Positions 27,186-35,860 of a stretch of 64,000 bases of DNA are shown here, piece after piece (position 1 is the stretch's first letter; every line of letters begins with the position of its first letter). Below the pieces are notes generated by a model. It was not told where the DNA came from. It searched no databases and saw only the letters and a list, made by a program, of their open reading frames with translations. A program made the translations under genes and the position numbers. Source of the DNA: a virus; IMG/VR virus record IMGVR_UViG_3300045988_068751; one strand, given 5' to 3'.

Positions 27186-27593
27186 GTGAAGTGTTCCGTA
27201 TGTGGAAAGCAATTAAGTGCTGGTAATCAATCTGGATTATGTCAAGAATGTTACCGTAAGAAAGTAAACGAAGATAAGATTGCAAAGTGGAAAGAAACTG
27301 GAGATACTGGATGTAAAGTTTCAACTACACTTAGAAATTGTATCAGAGATTATATTGCAGATAAACAGGAACACAAGTGTGCTATATGTGGTATAGATAG
27401 TGTATGGCAGGGTAAGCCCCTGAACTTTATACTTGACCATATAAACGGAGATGCTTCTAACAACTGGGAATATAACTTACGATTAATATGTCCTAACTGT
27501 GATTCACAGTTGGACACTTATAAGTCTAAGAATAAGAACAGTGCTAGAACACATAGAAAGAAATATCAAGGAAGTATGCCGGAGCCAGGTTGA
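27186..27593 (+). CDS. HNH homing-endonuclease-like protein with N-terminal CxxC zinc ribbon; its 3' end overlaps tRNA-Ser by 24 nt
   Basis: motif DHINGDASNNWEYNLRLICPNCDSQ (HNH), CSVCGK...CQEC. Confidence 0.65.
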   Translation: MKCSVCGKQLSAGNQSGLCQECYRKKVNEDKIAKWKETGDTGCKVSTTLRNCIRDYIADKQEHKCAICGIDSVWQGKPLNFILDHINGDASNNWEYNLRLICPNCDSQLDTYKSKNKNSARTHRKKYQGSMPEPG

Positions 27594-27656
27594 ACGGAAC
27601 GGACTTGAAATCCGTAGGCCCTTCGGGGTCCGGGGGTTCGAATCCCTCTGCTTCCT
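27570..27656 (+). tRNA. tRNA-Ser (TGA), type II
   Basis: acceptor ggaagta/tgcttcc, anticodon arm acgga-cuUGAaa-tccgt, variable arm ggccc-ttcg-gggtc, T-arm ggggg-TTCGAAT-ccctc. Confidence 0.8.
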
Positions 27657-27675
27657 CAACTAATTTGAATGTACT

Positions 27676-27999
27676 ATGAAGTTTAAAGTGAAATTAAGGA
27701 GAGTGTCTACGTTAAGTAGAAACCAAATTTGTAGAGTGTACGAATCTGGAATGCGAGAAATGGTAAAACGTCCCACATTAGTTAGAGTCCTTCTTAAGGA
27801 TTACAAAACTAAAGAAGATGTTAATGCTTTACTTGAGCAATTAAGCGAAGCAAGTAGAGCCGCTGAACAGGATTTATATGCAGAGTACCCAAAGTTGCCC
27901 AGAAAGGCTAAGAAGGAACTCAAGAAAAGGTTGAATGCAGTCAATAATGCCTATTGTGTTGGTATTACTTTATTGCTGGCTGAATCAGATGGCTTATAA
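27676..27999 (+). CDS. hypothetical protein
   Basis: ORF track. Confidence 0.5.
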   Translation: MKFKVKLRRVSTLSRNQICRVYESGMREMVKRPTLVRVLLKDYKTKEDVNALLEQLSEASRAAEQDLYAEYPKLPRKAKKELKKRLNAVNNAYCVGITLLLAESDGL

Positions 28000-28282
28000 A
28001 TTCATACCTACTCGATATGTAGACAATAACTCCAAGTTGTTGGCAAGAATTTACTTAAATAGGCAAAATTCTCGCCGAGTGGTATTACGAGGATACTATG
28101 ATTTTGATAAAGAGAAGTTTTACATTTCATCTATATCAAAGAAGGCTAATACAAGGTCTGTGATGAAGTTCTTACTAAAGACTATAGAATGTAGTAGATT
28201 TCATTGGGAGTATTCAGGGAACTATGATGATAAGCTCTATCAAGAGTGGTTAAAGGAACATGCAGTATTTAATAGATTGTAA
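27989..28282 (+). CDS. hypothetical protein (start moved to the internal Met; the track ORF starts at 27935)
   Basis: ORF track. Confidence 0.4.
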   Translation: MAYKFIPTRYVDNNSKLLARIYLNRQNSRRVVLRGYYDFDKEKFYISSISKKANTRSVMKFLLKTIECSRFHWEYSGNYDDKLYQEWLKEHAVFNRL

Positions 28283-28291
28283 AATTATCGT

Positions 28292-28483
28292 ATGAAAGGA
28301 ATTAATTTAACAGGATTGGACATGAAGAAGTTTGTTGGAACCGGCTACAACCCGTCTCAAGACATTATTAACACTAATGGTAGAGACGATGGAAGAACTA
28401 AGAACGGAGAGACTGAAGGATTCACTAATCCAAAGAAACAAAAGGTGGAGGAACCTAAAGAAAGACCAGAAGTATATTACTAG
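28292..28483 (+). CDS. hypothetical small protein
   Basis: ORF track. Confidence 0.35.
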   Translation: MKGINLTGLDMKKFVGTGYNPSQDIINTNGRDDGRTKNGETEGFTNPKKQKVEEPKERPEVYY

Positions 28484-28682
28484 GATTAAACTCCACGCTG
28501 CCTACTGGTACAATCCAGATAAGACAGCAAGAGGTAGACATTGGACAGAATTATATAATTCTAAATATACGTTTGCCTATAAAACAACCAGCACTCCTTG
28601 TAGTTGTCCTATGTGTAAAGGGGAACGTTATAATAGGAGACAGTTTAAGAAAGAGACAAGAGAATTACTTAATCTAGAATAA
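28332..28682 (+). CDS. hypothetical protein with C-terminal CxC...CxxC (overlaps the previous ORF in another frame; the true start may be internal)
   Basis: ORF track. Confidence 0.35.
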   Translation: MLEPATTRLKTLLTLMVETMEELRTERLKDSLIQRNKRWRNLKKDQKYITRIKLHAAYWYNPDKTARGRHWTELYNSKYTFAYKTTSTPCSCPMCKGERYNRRQFKKETRELLNLE

Positions 28683-28699
28683 CTGAATGGGTAATATAA

Positions 28700-28752
28700 G
28701 AAGGCATCAGCACTTTTACTGTGTCATGTAGTTCAATTTGCCTTCTGATGAT
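28700..28752 (+). ncRNA. tRNA-leader structured element copy 4 (stem gaaggca/tgccttc, loop begins tcagcac, tail TGATGAT; second helix catcag/ctgatg) 5' of tRNA-Arg
   Basis: see findings. Confidence 0.55.
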
Positions 28753-28825
<73 letters not shown>

Positions 28826-28840
28826 CTAATAATAGTTAAC

Positions 28841-29143
28841 ATGATTGGGTTCATAGAGTATTTAATTAGTAAAGGGTATAAACCTTATCGCAAGGTAATG
28901 TCTAAGAAGGGTTCTACATATGTAGAGGATTCTAATATAGGATTTTATTCTTCTATGTCAGAGCATATTGACCTTCGTCTTATTAAAGGTAAGAAGGAAG
29001 TAGTGTATGGATTACATGAGAGAGGACATTCTCCTACTCTTATATATCCTAGACCTAAATGGGTTAAATCTGATGCAGATATGGATAGACTATTTCTGAA
29101 TTATTCATTTGAAGAAATTGCTGAAATGATAGGTTTAAAATAG
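28841..29143 (+). CDS. hypothetical protein
   Basis: ORF track. Confidence 0.5.
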   Translation: MIGFIEYLISKGYKPYRKVMSKKGSTYVEDSNIGFYSSMSEHIDLRLIKGKKEVVYGLHERGHSPTLIYPRPKWVKSDADMDRLFLNYSFEEIAEMIGLK

Positions 29144-29330
29144 TGCACAATGAGGAGGGTATGCATGTAGAGTTCTATAACATGCTATGGGTTGGAGTCG
29201 GAGACTGACAAGAACAGTTGGGGCATGACTAAGTAATTGTGCATTTTATAGGTTATCAGACCGGTAGGTAACCTTCCGTAATCAGTCGGACGTTGGGAGC
29301 TGATAGCCCTACGATAGTGTGGCTAAATAT

Positions 29331-29403
29331 GGGCTGTGTAGTGTAAATGGCTAACACATCACTCTTGCACAGTGAAGTTGGAGTTCGAGTCTCACACGGT
29401 CCA
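29331..29403 (+). tRNA. tRNA-Ala (TGC) with G3-U70; the T-stem has two outer mismatches
   Basis: acceptor gggctgt/acggtcc, anticodon arm tcact-cuUGCac-agtga. Confidence 0.6.
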
Positions 29404-29431
29404 CAGATTGTTGAACTTAAATTGAAAGGTA

Positions 29432-30010
29432 ATGAATCGAGAAGAATTAGAAGATTTGAAAATAACCAAGATTAGTGAAGAGGAATATGAACGCCTTAAA
29501 GATTCAGACGAAGGAGAAGCTATGGAAGTGTCAATTGACTCATTAAAAGCTGAACAAGAGAAGCTAAAAGAGTCAGCATCATTACTTGATGAAGCAAAGA
29601 AGGCATTTTCAGCTTATTGGTTCTTACTGTCCCTCTTTATAGGACAGAATCTATGTTTGGGTGTTGTATTGTGTCAAATCTATTCAGCATGGTCTAAAGG
29701 AGAACCCCTCGGATTTATGGTACTATGTGCCATATCAATAATAGTGGCTGCTTCATATTCATGGAATGCAATAAGACCATATCGAGAACGATATAAGAAC
29801 TATAAACAAGTTCGCACTGCTTATAGTCGTCTGGTTGAAGCTAATAGAGCTGTGTTGGAATTACTGGAATATGTAGAATCTAAGCCCAAAGAAGAAAGAG
29901 CTGAAGAAGCCGAAGAGTTAGCAGAGCCAGTAGTTATGGCTGTAGCTGAACTATTCTTTGCTAGAATGGCATATACTAGGGCACTAAAAGAAGGATTAGA
30001 GTTGCAATAA
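29432..30010 (+). CDS. coiled-coil / membrane protein (acidic N- and C-termini, central hydrophobic segment)
   Basis: ORF track. Confidence 0.5.
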   Translation: MNREELEDLKITKISEEEYERLKDSDEGEAMEVSIDSLKAEQEKLKESASLLDEAKKAFSAYWFLLSLFIGQNLCLGVVLCQIYSAWSKGEPLGFMVLCAISIIVAASYSWNAIRPYRERYKNYKQVRTAYSRLVEANRAVLELLEYVESKPKEERAEEAEELAEPVVMAVAELFFARMAYTRALKEGLELQ

Positions 30011-30018
30011 CTCAATAT

Positions 30019-30092
30019 GGTGGCATTAGCTCAATTGGCAGAGCATTAGGTTGTGGTTCTAAGGGTTACGAGTTCAAGTCTCGTATGTCACC
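30019..30092 (+). tRNA. tRNA-His (GTG) with encoded G-1 and discriminator C
   Basis: g-gtggcat/atgtcac-c, anticodon arm ttagg-uuGUGgt-tctaa, T-arm acgag-TTCAAGT-ctcgt. Confidence 0.8.
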
Positions 30093-30391
30093 CAATTCTG
30101 CTGTTTAGGTATAAACGTATCATAAATCTTCCTGTTTGGTTTGACTTATTCAGCAGAGTTATATTTTATCTTGAAACGGAATGCCGAGGATGTGGTTAGG
30201 TGAAAATCCTAAAGTGGAATGTAGGGTACGTTGCGTGACGAAGTAATGGGAGTAGGTGCGATGGCAGCTTAATTAATGTTGAGGCCTCGTTAATATATGT
30301 ATAGCCGTACAGCACCGAAGGATTTAGACTGTCCAAAGCAACTGGCGTAATAAAGCATAAAATCCAGTGAAGACGTATGTGTAGGCAGTAT

Positions 30392-30466
30392 GGGGCGGTA
30401 GCGCAGGTGGTCAGTTCGCGCTGGACTGAAAATCCAGAGATAATGGTTCGACTCCATTTCGCCCCA
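30392..30466 (+). tRNA. tRNA-Phe (GAA)
   Basis: acceptor ggggcgg/tcgcccc, anticodon arm ctgga-cuGAAaa-tccag, T-arm aatgg-TTCGACT-ccatt. Confidence 0.8.
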
Positions 30467-30495
30467 CTTTAATAGATTAAATAATTATTAGTAAG

Positions 30496-31017
30496 ATGGA
30501 CAATAACTTGTATTATATCTTAGGAGGCATCGCCTATGGTATATTTATCCTACAATTCATAATATCATGGGTTACTGGGGAGTTCGATGTCGATGTAGAC
30601 TTTGATGGTGATGCTGATTTTGATGTCAGTGATGTTGTATCCTTTAAAGGATTTATCCATTTCTTCATGGGATTCGGAGGATGGACATCTATTAAGCAAT
30701 TATTAGGTTATGAAGTAACCTGGATTGATTGGTTAATAGGATTCTTTATAGGTCTTGTATTTGTATTTATGCTGTATCATTTATATAAGTTCTGTATGAA
30801 ATTGCAGAACCTTCCTAAAGACGAACCGAAGACTAACTTAGTTGGCAGAACTGCTACTATCTATGTACATTTAGGTGAAGGGCGCCATTTGGCATCCGTG
30901 AACATAAGTGGAGCATTGAGAGAAGTAGAAGTTGTATCTCTTAATAAGAAGATATATCCTGTCAATGAGCCAGTAACGATTCGTAAATACGAAGACAATA
31001 AATTATACATAGATTAA
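30496..31017 (+). CDS. NfeD-like membrane protein (N-terminal TM helices + C-terminal OB-fold-like beta domain), partner of the downstream flotillin
   Basis: hydrophobic N-half; C-terminal LVGRTATIYVHLGEGRHLASVNISGALREVEVVS...; YqiJ/YqiK-like gene order. Confidence 0.55.
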   Translation: MDNNLYYILGGIAYGIFILQFIISWVTGEFDVDVDFDGDADFDVSDVVSFKGFIHFFMGFGGWTSIKQLLGYEVTWIDWLIGFFIGLVFVFMLYHLYKFCMKLQNLPKDEPKTNLVGRTATIYVHLGEGRHLASVNISGALREVEVVSLNKKIYPVNEPVTIRKYEDNKLYID

Positions 31018-31030
31018 TACCAATTTCAAG

Positions 31031-32992
31031 ATGGAAATGACATCATTAATTATCGTTGGTGTAGTTGTACTAGTTGCAATCATCACTATCATTGGGATTC
31101 TATCCCGCTACCGTAAATGTAAATCTGACGAATTGTTGGTAGTTTATGGTAAAACAGGCTCTCACAAAGAGAAAGTTAGCGAACGCGACGCTAAAGGTAA
31201 TCTGGTTGACAGAGAAGTTGAAATTAAAACTGCCAAAGTTTATCATGGTGGTGCAGCTTTTGTATGGCCGATTATACAGGGTTATGAAGTAATGTCAATG
31301 CAGCCGATTCAATTGAATCTTGTATTGAAGAATGCTTTGTCAGCTCAAAATATTCGTGTAACTATCCCTACCACTGTAACTGTTGCTATTAGCCAAGAAC
31401 CGCTGATTATGCAGAATGCTGCTAATCGCTTACTAGGTGCTGATGATGACGTTAAAGAAAGTTTGATTTCAGATATTGTTTATGGTCAGATGAGGCTTGT
31501 TATTGCTTCGATGACTATTGAAGAGCTTAACTCTGACAGAGACAAGTTCCTAGCTCAAGCTAGAGACAATATCAATACAGAATTGAACAAACTTGGTCTT
31601 TATCTGATGAATATCAATATCAGTGACATTCAAGATGCTGCTCAATATATTGATAATCTTGGTAAGAAAGAAGAGACTAAAGCAAGAGCGCAATCACAAG
31701 CTGATATCGCAGAAGAAGAGAAGAAAGGAGCAATCCAGATAGCTCAAACTACGAGAGAGAAGGAGATTGCAATTGCAGCAGCTACTAAGGAGCAAGAAAC
31801 TATAGTGGCTGAAACTAACAGGGAGAAAGAAGTTGCTATTGCTAAGACCACTAAAGAGAAAGAAACTCAATTGGCCGAGCAGCATAAGGAGCAGCAAATT
31901 GCTGTTGCAGAGCAAAGAAAGGAACGTGAAATTGGTGTGGCTACAGCCCAAACTGAAGAAGCATCCAAAGTTGCCGAGCAAGAAGCATTAAGAGCTGCTA
32001 AGATTGCAGAGCAGCAAGCTTATGCAACTGCTAAAGAAGCAGAATTTACTGCCAAAGCTGAAGCCGCTAAGGCAGAAGCAGAAGCAGAGAAGGAAGTTCG
32101 TATGGCAGTAGCAGCACAAAATCAAGAAGCTGAAACTGTTAAAGCACAACAGGAAAAGGAAGCTAAAACTGCACAGTATGAATCAGAAGCCCGTCAAAAG
32201 GCAGCTGAAGCAGAGAAAGCAGCAGGAGTAGCTGAACAGAAAGCTACTATTGAAGTTTCCAAAGCTAAGGGAGAAGCAGAGAAAGCTAAAGCTGAAGCAG
32301 AAAGAGTAGCTGGTACTTCTAAAGTTGAAGCTCAAATGGCAGTTGCTAAAACAGAGCAAGAACGTCAGGTGGAAGTTAACGAAGCTAAAGCTAAAGCTGA
32401 AGAAGCTAAGCTTAAAGCTGAAGTAATTATACCTGCCGAGAAAGCCAAAGAGAAAGCTAAAATTGAAGCAGAAGCTGTTAAGAGTGTAGCCATTCTTGAA
32501 GCAGAAGCGGAAGCAGCTAAAATCTTGAAAGCAGCAGAAGCTAAAGCAAATGCTACTAAGATGCAACTGGAAGCAGAAGCTGAAGGTACCAAGAAGAAAC
32601 TTCTTGCTGAAGCTGAAGGTAAGAAAGCATCTTTAATGGCAGAAGCTGAACAGAAACAGGCAATGGAAATGGCTCCGGCTCTTGCAGTTGAACATATGAT
32701 TAAATCAGGTATGCATCCTGAAGCAATCGTTCAATATGCAATGACCGACAGGTGGAAAGAAGTTGCTGAAGCCAACGCTAAGGTGTTTGAACATATCCAG
32801 CTTGGTAATGTTACTGTGTATGGTGACTCCAATACTGCTGGGCAGTTCATGGCTAATATGGCTAAGAATCTTGCTCCTAGCTTGGAGATTGCCCGTAATT
32901 TGCCTATTGCAGATTCGCTTAAGCAAATAATCACTGGCAAGAAGCCAGAAGAATCGCCAGCTAAAGGTGATAATTTTCCTCCTGTAAAGTAA
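31031..32992 (+). CDS. flotillin-like SPFH/Band-7 domain protein (YqiK-like) with an N-terminal TM helix and a long Ala/Glu/Lys-rich coiled-coil
   Basis: N-terminal TM; SPFH-like region (YHGGAAFVWPIIQGYEVMSMQPIQL...); ~350-aa AEAK/KEKE coiled-coil. Confidence 0.7.
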   Translation: MEMTSLIIVGVVVLVAIITIIGILSRYRKCKSDELLVVYGKTGSHKEKVSERDAKGNLVDREVEIKTAKVYHGGAAFVWPIIQGYEVMSMQPIQLNLVLKNALSAQNIRVTIPTTVTVAISQEPLIMQNAANRLLGADDDVKESLISDIVYGQMRLVIASMTIEELNSDRDKFLAQARDNINTELNKLGLYLMNINISDIQDAAQYIDNLGKKEETKARAQSQADIAEEEKKGAIQIAQTTREKEIAIAAATKEQETIVAETNREKEVAIAKTTKEKETQLAEQHKEQQIAVAEQRKEREIGVATAQTEEASKVAEQEALRAAKIAEQQAYATAKEAEFTAKAEAAKAEAEAEKEVRMAVAAQNQEAETVKAQQEKEAKTAQYESEARQKAAEAEKAAGVAEQKATIEVSKAKGEAEKAKAEAERVAGTSKVEAQMAVAKTEQERQVEVNEAKAKAEEAKLKAEVIIPAEKAKEKAKIEAEAVKSVAILEAEAEAAKILKAAEAKANATKMQLEAEAEGTKKKLLAEAEGKKASLMAEAEQKQAMEMAPALAVEHMIKSGMHPEAIVQYAMTDRWKEVAEANAKVFEHIQLGNVTVYGDSNTAGQFMANMAKNLAPSLEIARNLPIADSLKQIITGKKPEESPAKGDNFPPVK

Positions 32993-33014
32993 TCCTTTTA
33001 CAGTGAATTTCTAA

Positions 33015-33079
33015 GAAGACTTACAGCACTAAGGTAATCATAAGCGATTGATATAGCATAAATAAGTCTTCTGTGGATT
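33015..33079 (+). ncRNA. tRNA-leader structured element copy 5 (stem gaagact/agtcttc, loop begins tacagcac, tail TGTGGATT) 5' of tRNA-Ser(GCT)
   Basis: see findings. Confidence 0.55.
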
Positions 33080-33167
33080 GGAGAGTTGGGTGAGTGGTCT
33101 ATACCAGAGTCCTGCTAAGACTCCGAACCTCAAAAGGGTTCCGCTGGTTCGAATCCAGCACTCTCCG
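33080..33167 (+). tRNA. tRNA-Ser (GCT), type II
   Basis: acceptor ggagagt/actctcc, anticodon arm gagtc-cuGCUaa-gactc, long variable arm, T-arm gctgg-TTCGAAT-ccagc. Confidence 0.85.
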
Positions 33168-33186
33168 CGCTGGCTAATAAGAGTTT

Positions 33187-33507
33187 GTGAAAATCATTAT
33201 TAACCTAATTATTAGAATTATGGTGAAGGTATTAAATTCAAGAGAATTGAGGAGTATAGATTTAAAATCTATTCCTGATGCAGTTATCTTAGCTTTTAAT
33301 ACTTTAATAGTTAAGAACTGGAGTGGTAAAGCTTCTGAATTTAAGCAATCAGATGTAATAGCCTATGTAGCATCTGAAGGTTTAACTGAAGAAGAAGTAA
33401 TTAAGAACCATTGGTTAGATGTAGAACCTCTATATCGAGAGAATGGTTTTGATGTGAAGTATGTAAGATGTCCAGAAGGCAATAAGTTTGTATTCTGGAA
33501 AGCTTAA
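33187..33507 (+). CDS. hypothetical protein
   Basis: ORF track. Confidence 0.5.
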   Translation: MKIIINLIIRIMVKVLNSRELRSIDLKSIPDAVILAFNTLIVKNWSGKASEFKQSDVIAYVASEGLTEEEVIKNHWLDVEPLYRENGFDVKYVRCPEGNKFVFWKA

Positions 33508-33515
33508 TAAGGTAT

Positions 33516-33588
33516 ACTGGATTCGACTAGTGGTTTAGGTCGACGCACTTTCGATGCGTAAACAGGGGTTCGAATCCCCTATCCAGTG
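33516..33588 (+). tRNA. tRNA-Glu (TTC)
   Basis: acceptor actggat/atccagt, anticodon arm acgca-cuUUCga-tgcgt, T-arm agggg-TTCGAAT-cccct. Confidence 0.8.
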
Positions 33589-33617
33589 CATTAGTAATGA
33601 ATTAATAATTACAGCTT

Positions 33618-34511
33618 ATGAAAGAATGTAACAAAGTATTCTTTGGCGAGAAGGGATTAACCCAAACTTCTGCCAATCACCTGGCTAATATAGCTAAGGA
33701 GACAGTGGAATCTAATAGACAAGCTTTAGATTCTGTAGGGTTTGTGAATGTCAATATTAGCTTGTTAAGTGGAGGTAACTCCAGGACTGTAAAGACAGGT
33801 AGAAATGAGGCATATCTTGATAATGTACCTACATTACTTCAAGAAGTTGCTAATATGAATGCCTTCTGCGCATGGATTCGTGAAGCTATTAAGGCTAGAG
33901 AAGAAGAACTTGAAATTATTAACAGGTACACTTGGGATGTATATGCTACAGATGTAGCTGGATTCAAGTTGGACACCCCGATTAAGGGTCATATCCTTAC
34001 CGAAGAGGAAGCAATTGCTTCATTGAGCATTGCAGAACGTATGGAATATTACAGACTAGAAGCAGAAGCATCTGCTATTGGTAAGTATATTCATCCAATG
34101 CGTCCGTTTGCAAACGCCCGTAGAGCTTTAATGGATGCCTATACTAATCCTACTAAGGTTGAAGGTTCTGGCACTGACACAATCGTGTACTCGTATGACC
34201 CGTCTGTTAGTAGCGACAAGGTAGAGAATACATTTTTTGCATTACAGCAGAAATACAGAGACATATCAGCTAGACTTAATAAGATTAAGTTTAAGATTGA
34301 TAAAATGGTAAAGGATTCTGAATATGAAGTCAATCAGGCTTATAAACAAGCTGTTGATAGATTCAATTTGGATGCCAAAACCCTGTCTCAACAATGTGAG
34401 ACTTGGAAAGTTGAAGAACGTAAGAAACTATTGGAACTTAAGATAGTAATTCCTAATGAGTTACAAGCAACTTATGAGTTACTAACTAAGATTTCCAATC
34501 CAGATAAATAG
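33618..34511 (+). CDS. hypothetical protein (297 aa), ends in TAG
   Basis: ORF track. Confidence 0.55.
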   Translation: MKECNKVFFGEKGLTQTSANHLANIAKETVESNRQALDSVGFVNVNISLLSGGNSRTVKTGRNEAYLDNVPTLLQEVANMNAFCAWIREAIKAREEELEIINRYTWDVYATDVAGFKLDTPIKGHILTEEEAIASLSIAERMEYYRLEAEASAIGKYIHPMRPFANARRALMDAYTNPTKVEGSGTDTIVYSYDPSVSSDKVENTFFALQQKYRDISARLNKIKFKIDKMVKDSEYEVNQAYKQAVDRFNLDAKTLSQQCETWKVEERKKLLELKIVIPNELQATYELLTKISNPDK

Positions 34512-34593
34512 GTGCTATAGTCTTGAATCTCATTGGATTCTAACATAGCTTTGCGTGAGTAGTATGAATTGCATCAAAGACTCTAGTCGATGC

Positions 34594-34607
34594 ATTTGTC
34601 GACAAAT
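34594..34607. promoter_or_regulatory. perfect 14-bp palindrome ATTTGTCGACAAAT in a 290-bp ORF-free region
   Basis: seen directly. Confidence 0.3.
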
Positions 34608-34796
34608 TAATCGTGTTCTGTATTCCATACAGGGACGATTTCCAGCATAATTAAGTATTATTAATTCAAACCCTGTCAGTCTATTGCGAAGTTACAAAAA
34701 TTCCTTTGACTTTGCCCTAGATAGCAATAGGCTGGTCTTTGGCTTTAATCTTAATTTTGTCATAGTTGCAATTAACTACTCACGACTATTTAACAC

Positions 34797-34869
34797 GCAG
34801 CTATCTACTAACTGGTTAGGTAATATGCCTCTCAAGCATAAAATACGGGTTCGAGTCCCGTTAGCTGTA
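34797..34869 (+). tRNA. tRNA-Glu (CTC)
   Basis: acceptor gcagcta/tagctgt, anticodon arm tatgc-cuCUCaa-gcata, T-arm acggg-TTCGAGT-cccgt. Confidence 0.7.
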
Positions 34870-35174
34870 CCTCGTACATAATCCTTCCAATCAGGTAACT
34901 GATTAGGCAATAATAATCATGTACACTCTAAGGCGACGTAAGGGATAGGAGCTTAGACGGTAGCTAGCACTGTAGTACGCAATGGTGGGATAGAAACGGC
35001 TAGCACCCACTTTCTATGAATTGCCATGTCCCATTTGGCACATCTGAATAGTGATTGTGAGTTGGACACACGATTACAGTAAGAGAATGACTCAGCTAGC
35101 GGGAAGGGACAATATCTGAATAACTGATTGCCAGTCCAAGCATAGGTTTCGAGGGTAGGTTAAGCAAGCTTCAT

Positions 35175-35248
35175 GGTGCATTCGTTCAGTGGCCCAGGAC
35201 ACCACCCTGTCACGGTGGATATCACGAGTTCGAATCTCGTATGCACCG
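35175..35248 (+). tRNA. tRNA-Asp (GTC)
   Basis: acceptor ggtgcat/atgcacc, anticodon arm ccacc-cuGUCac-ggtgg, T-arm acgag-TTCGAAT-ctcgt. Confidence 0.85.
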
Positions 35249-35306
35249 CTTTCTTTGATTTACGAAGGAGATGTCAGCACACTTGGTAACATCGTCTCCT
35301 GTTTAT

Positions 35307-35389
35307 GCCGACTTCGCATAGTGGTTGATTGCACGTGACTTGTAATCACGAGAGGAAACTCCACGTCAGTTCGAATCTGACAGTCGGCT
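35307..35389 (+). tRNA. tRNA-Thr (TGT) with unusually long (14-nt) variable region
   Basis: acceptor gccgact/agtcggc, anticodon arm cgtga-cuUGUaa-tcacg, T-arm gtcag-TTCGAAT-ctgac. Confidence 0.65.
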
Positions 35390-35476
35390 CGATTGTAATC
35401 CTAGATGATTACAGTTAGATTATAAATTACCACACAGAGATGCTTATTGAATTTAACATGTTAAATGTAAGTGTAA

Positions 35477-35857
35477 ATGAGCAGTTTTAAAGAGAAATTA
35501 AGTAAGAGTGGACAAAGTGTGCTTGATGCAAGAGCGCAGAATCTGTATGAATTGGCTAAAATCGAGGAAGACAGATTTGTTCAGGATTGTAAGTTGAAAG
35601 TACTTCGCATTCAGGGAGAAATCAACAAACACAATGACCTGGCTGTTAAATCAAGAGACTCTTTGAATCCGGGAGAAGGACTGAATCCGGCTGAATGGGT
35701 AAGAACAAGACATGAATTGGCACGTAAACTGCGTGTTGCAAAGATTGAACTTGCTCTAGCTATGCAAGTCGATGCAGAAGAATTTCCCGCTGATGCATCA
35801 GAATCCATTAATTTGGATGACGTGAAAGATGACGCTGCTGCAACTGTAAATGAATAA
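35477..35857 (+). CDS. hypothetical coiled-coil protein
   Basis: ORF track. Confidence 0.5.
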   Translation: MSSFKEKLSKSGQSVLDARAQNLYELAKIEEDRFVQDCKLKVLRIQGEINKHNDLAVKSRDSLNPGEGLNPAEWVRTRHELARKLRVAKIELALAMQVDAEEFPADASESINLDDVKDDAAATVNE

Positions 35858-35860
35858 TTT

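Noticed and set aside
31694-32592. Three minus-strand ORFs (95, 127, 75 aa) with low-complexity S/F/L/C or A/S-rich products
   Set aside because: They are antisense artefacts of the repetitive GCWGAAGCWGAA coiled-coil coding region of the flotillin gene.
34684-34881. ORF-track CDS of 65 aa
   Set aside because: Overlaps tRNA-Glu(CTC) and non-coding leader; judged spurious.
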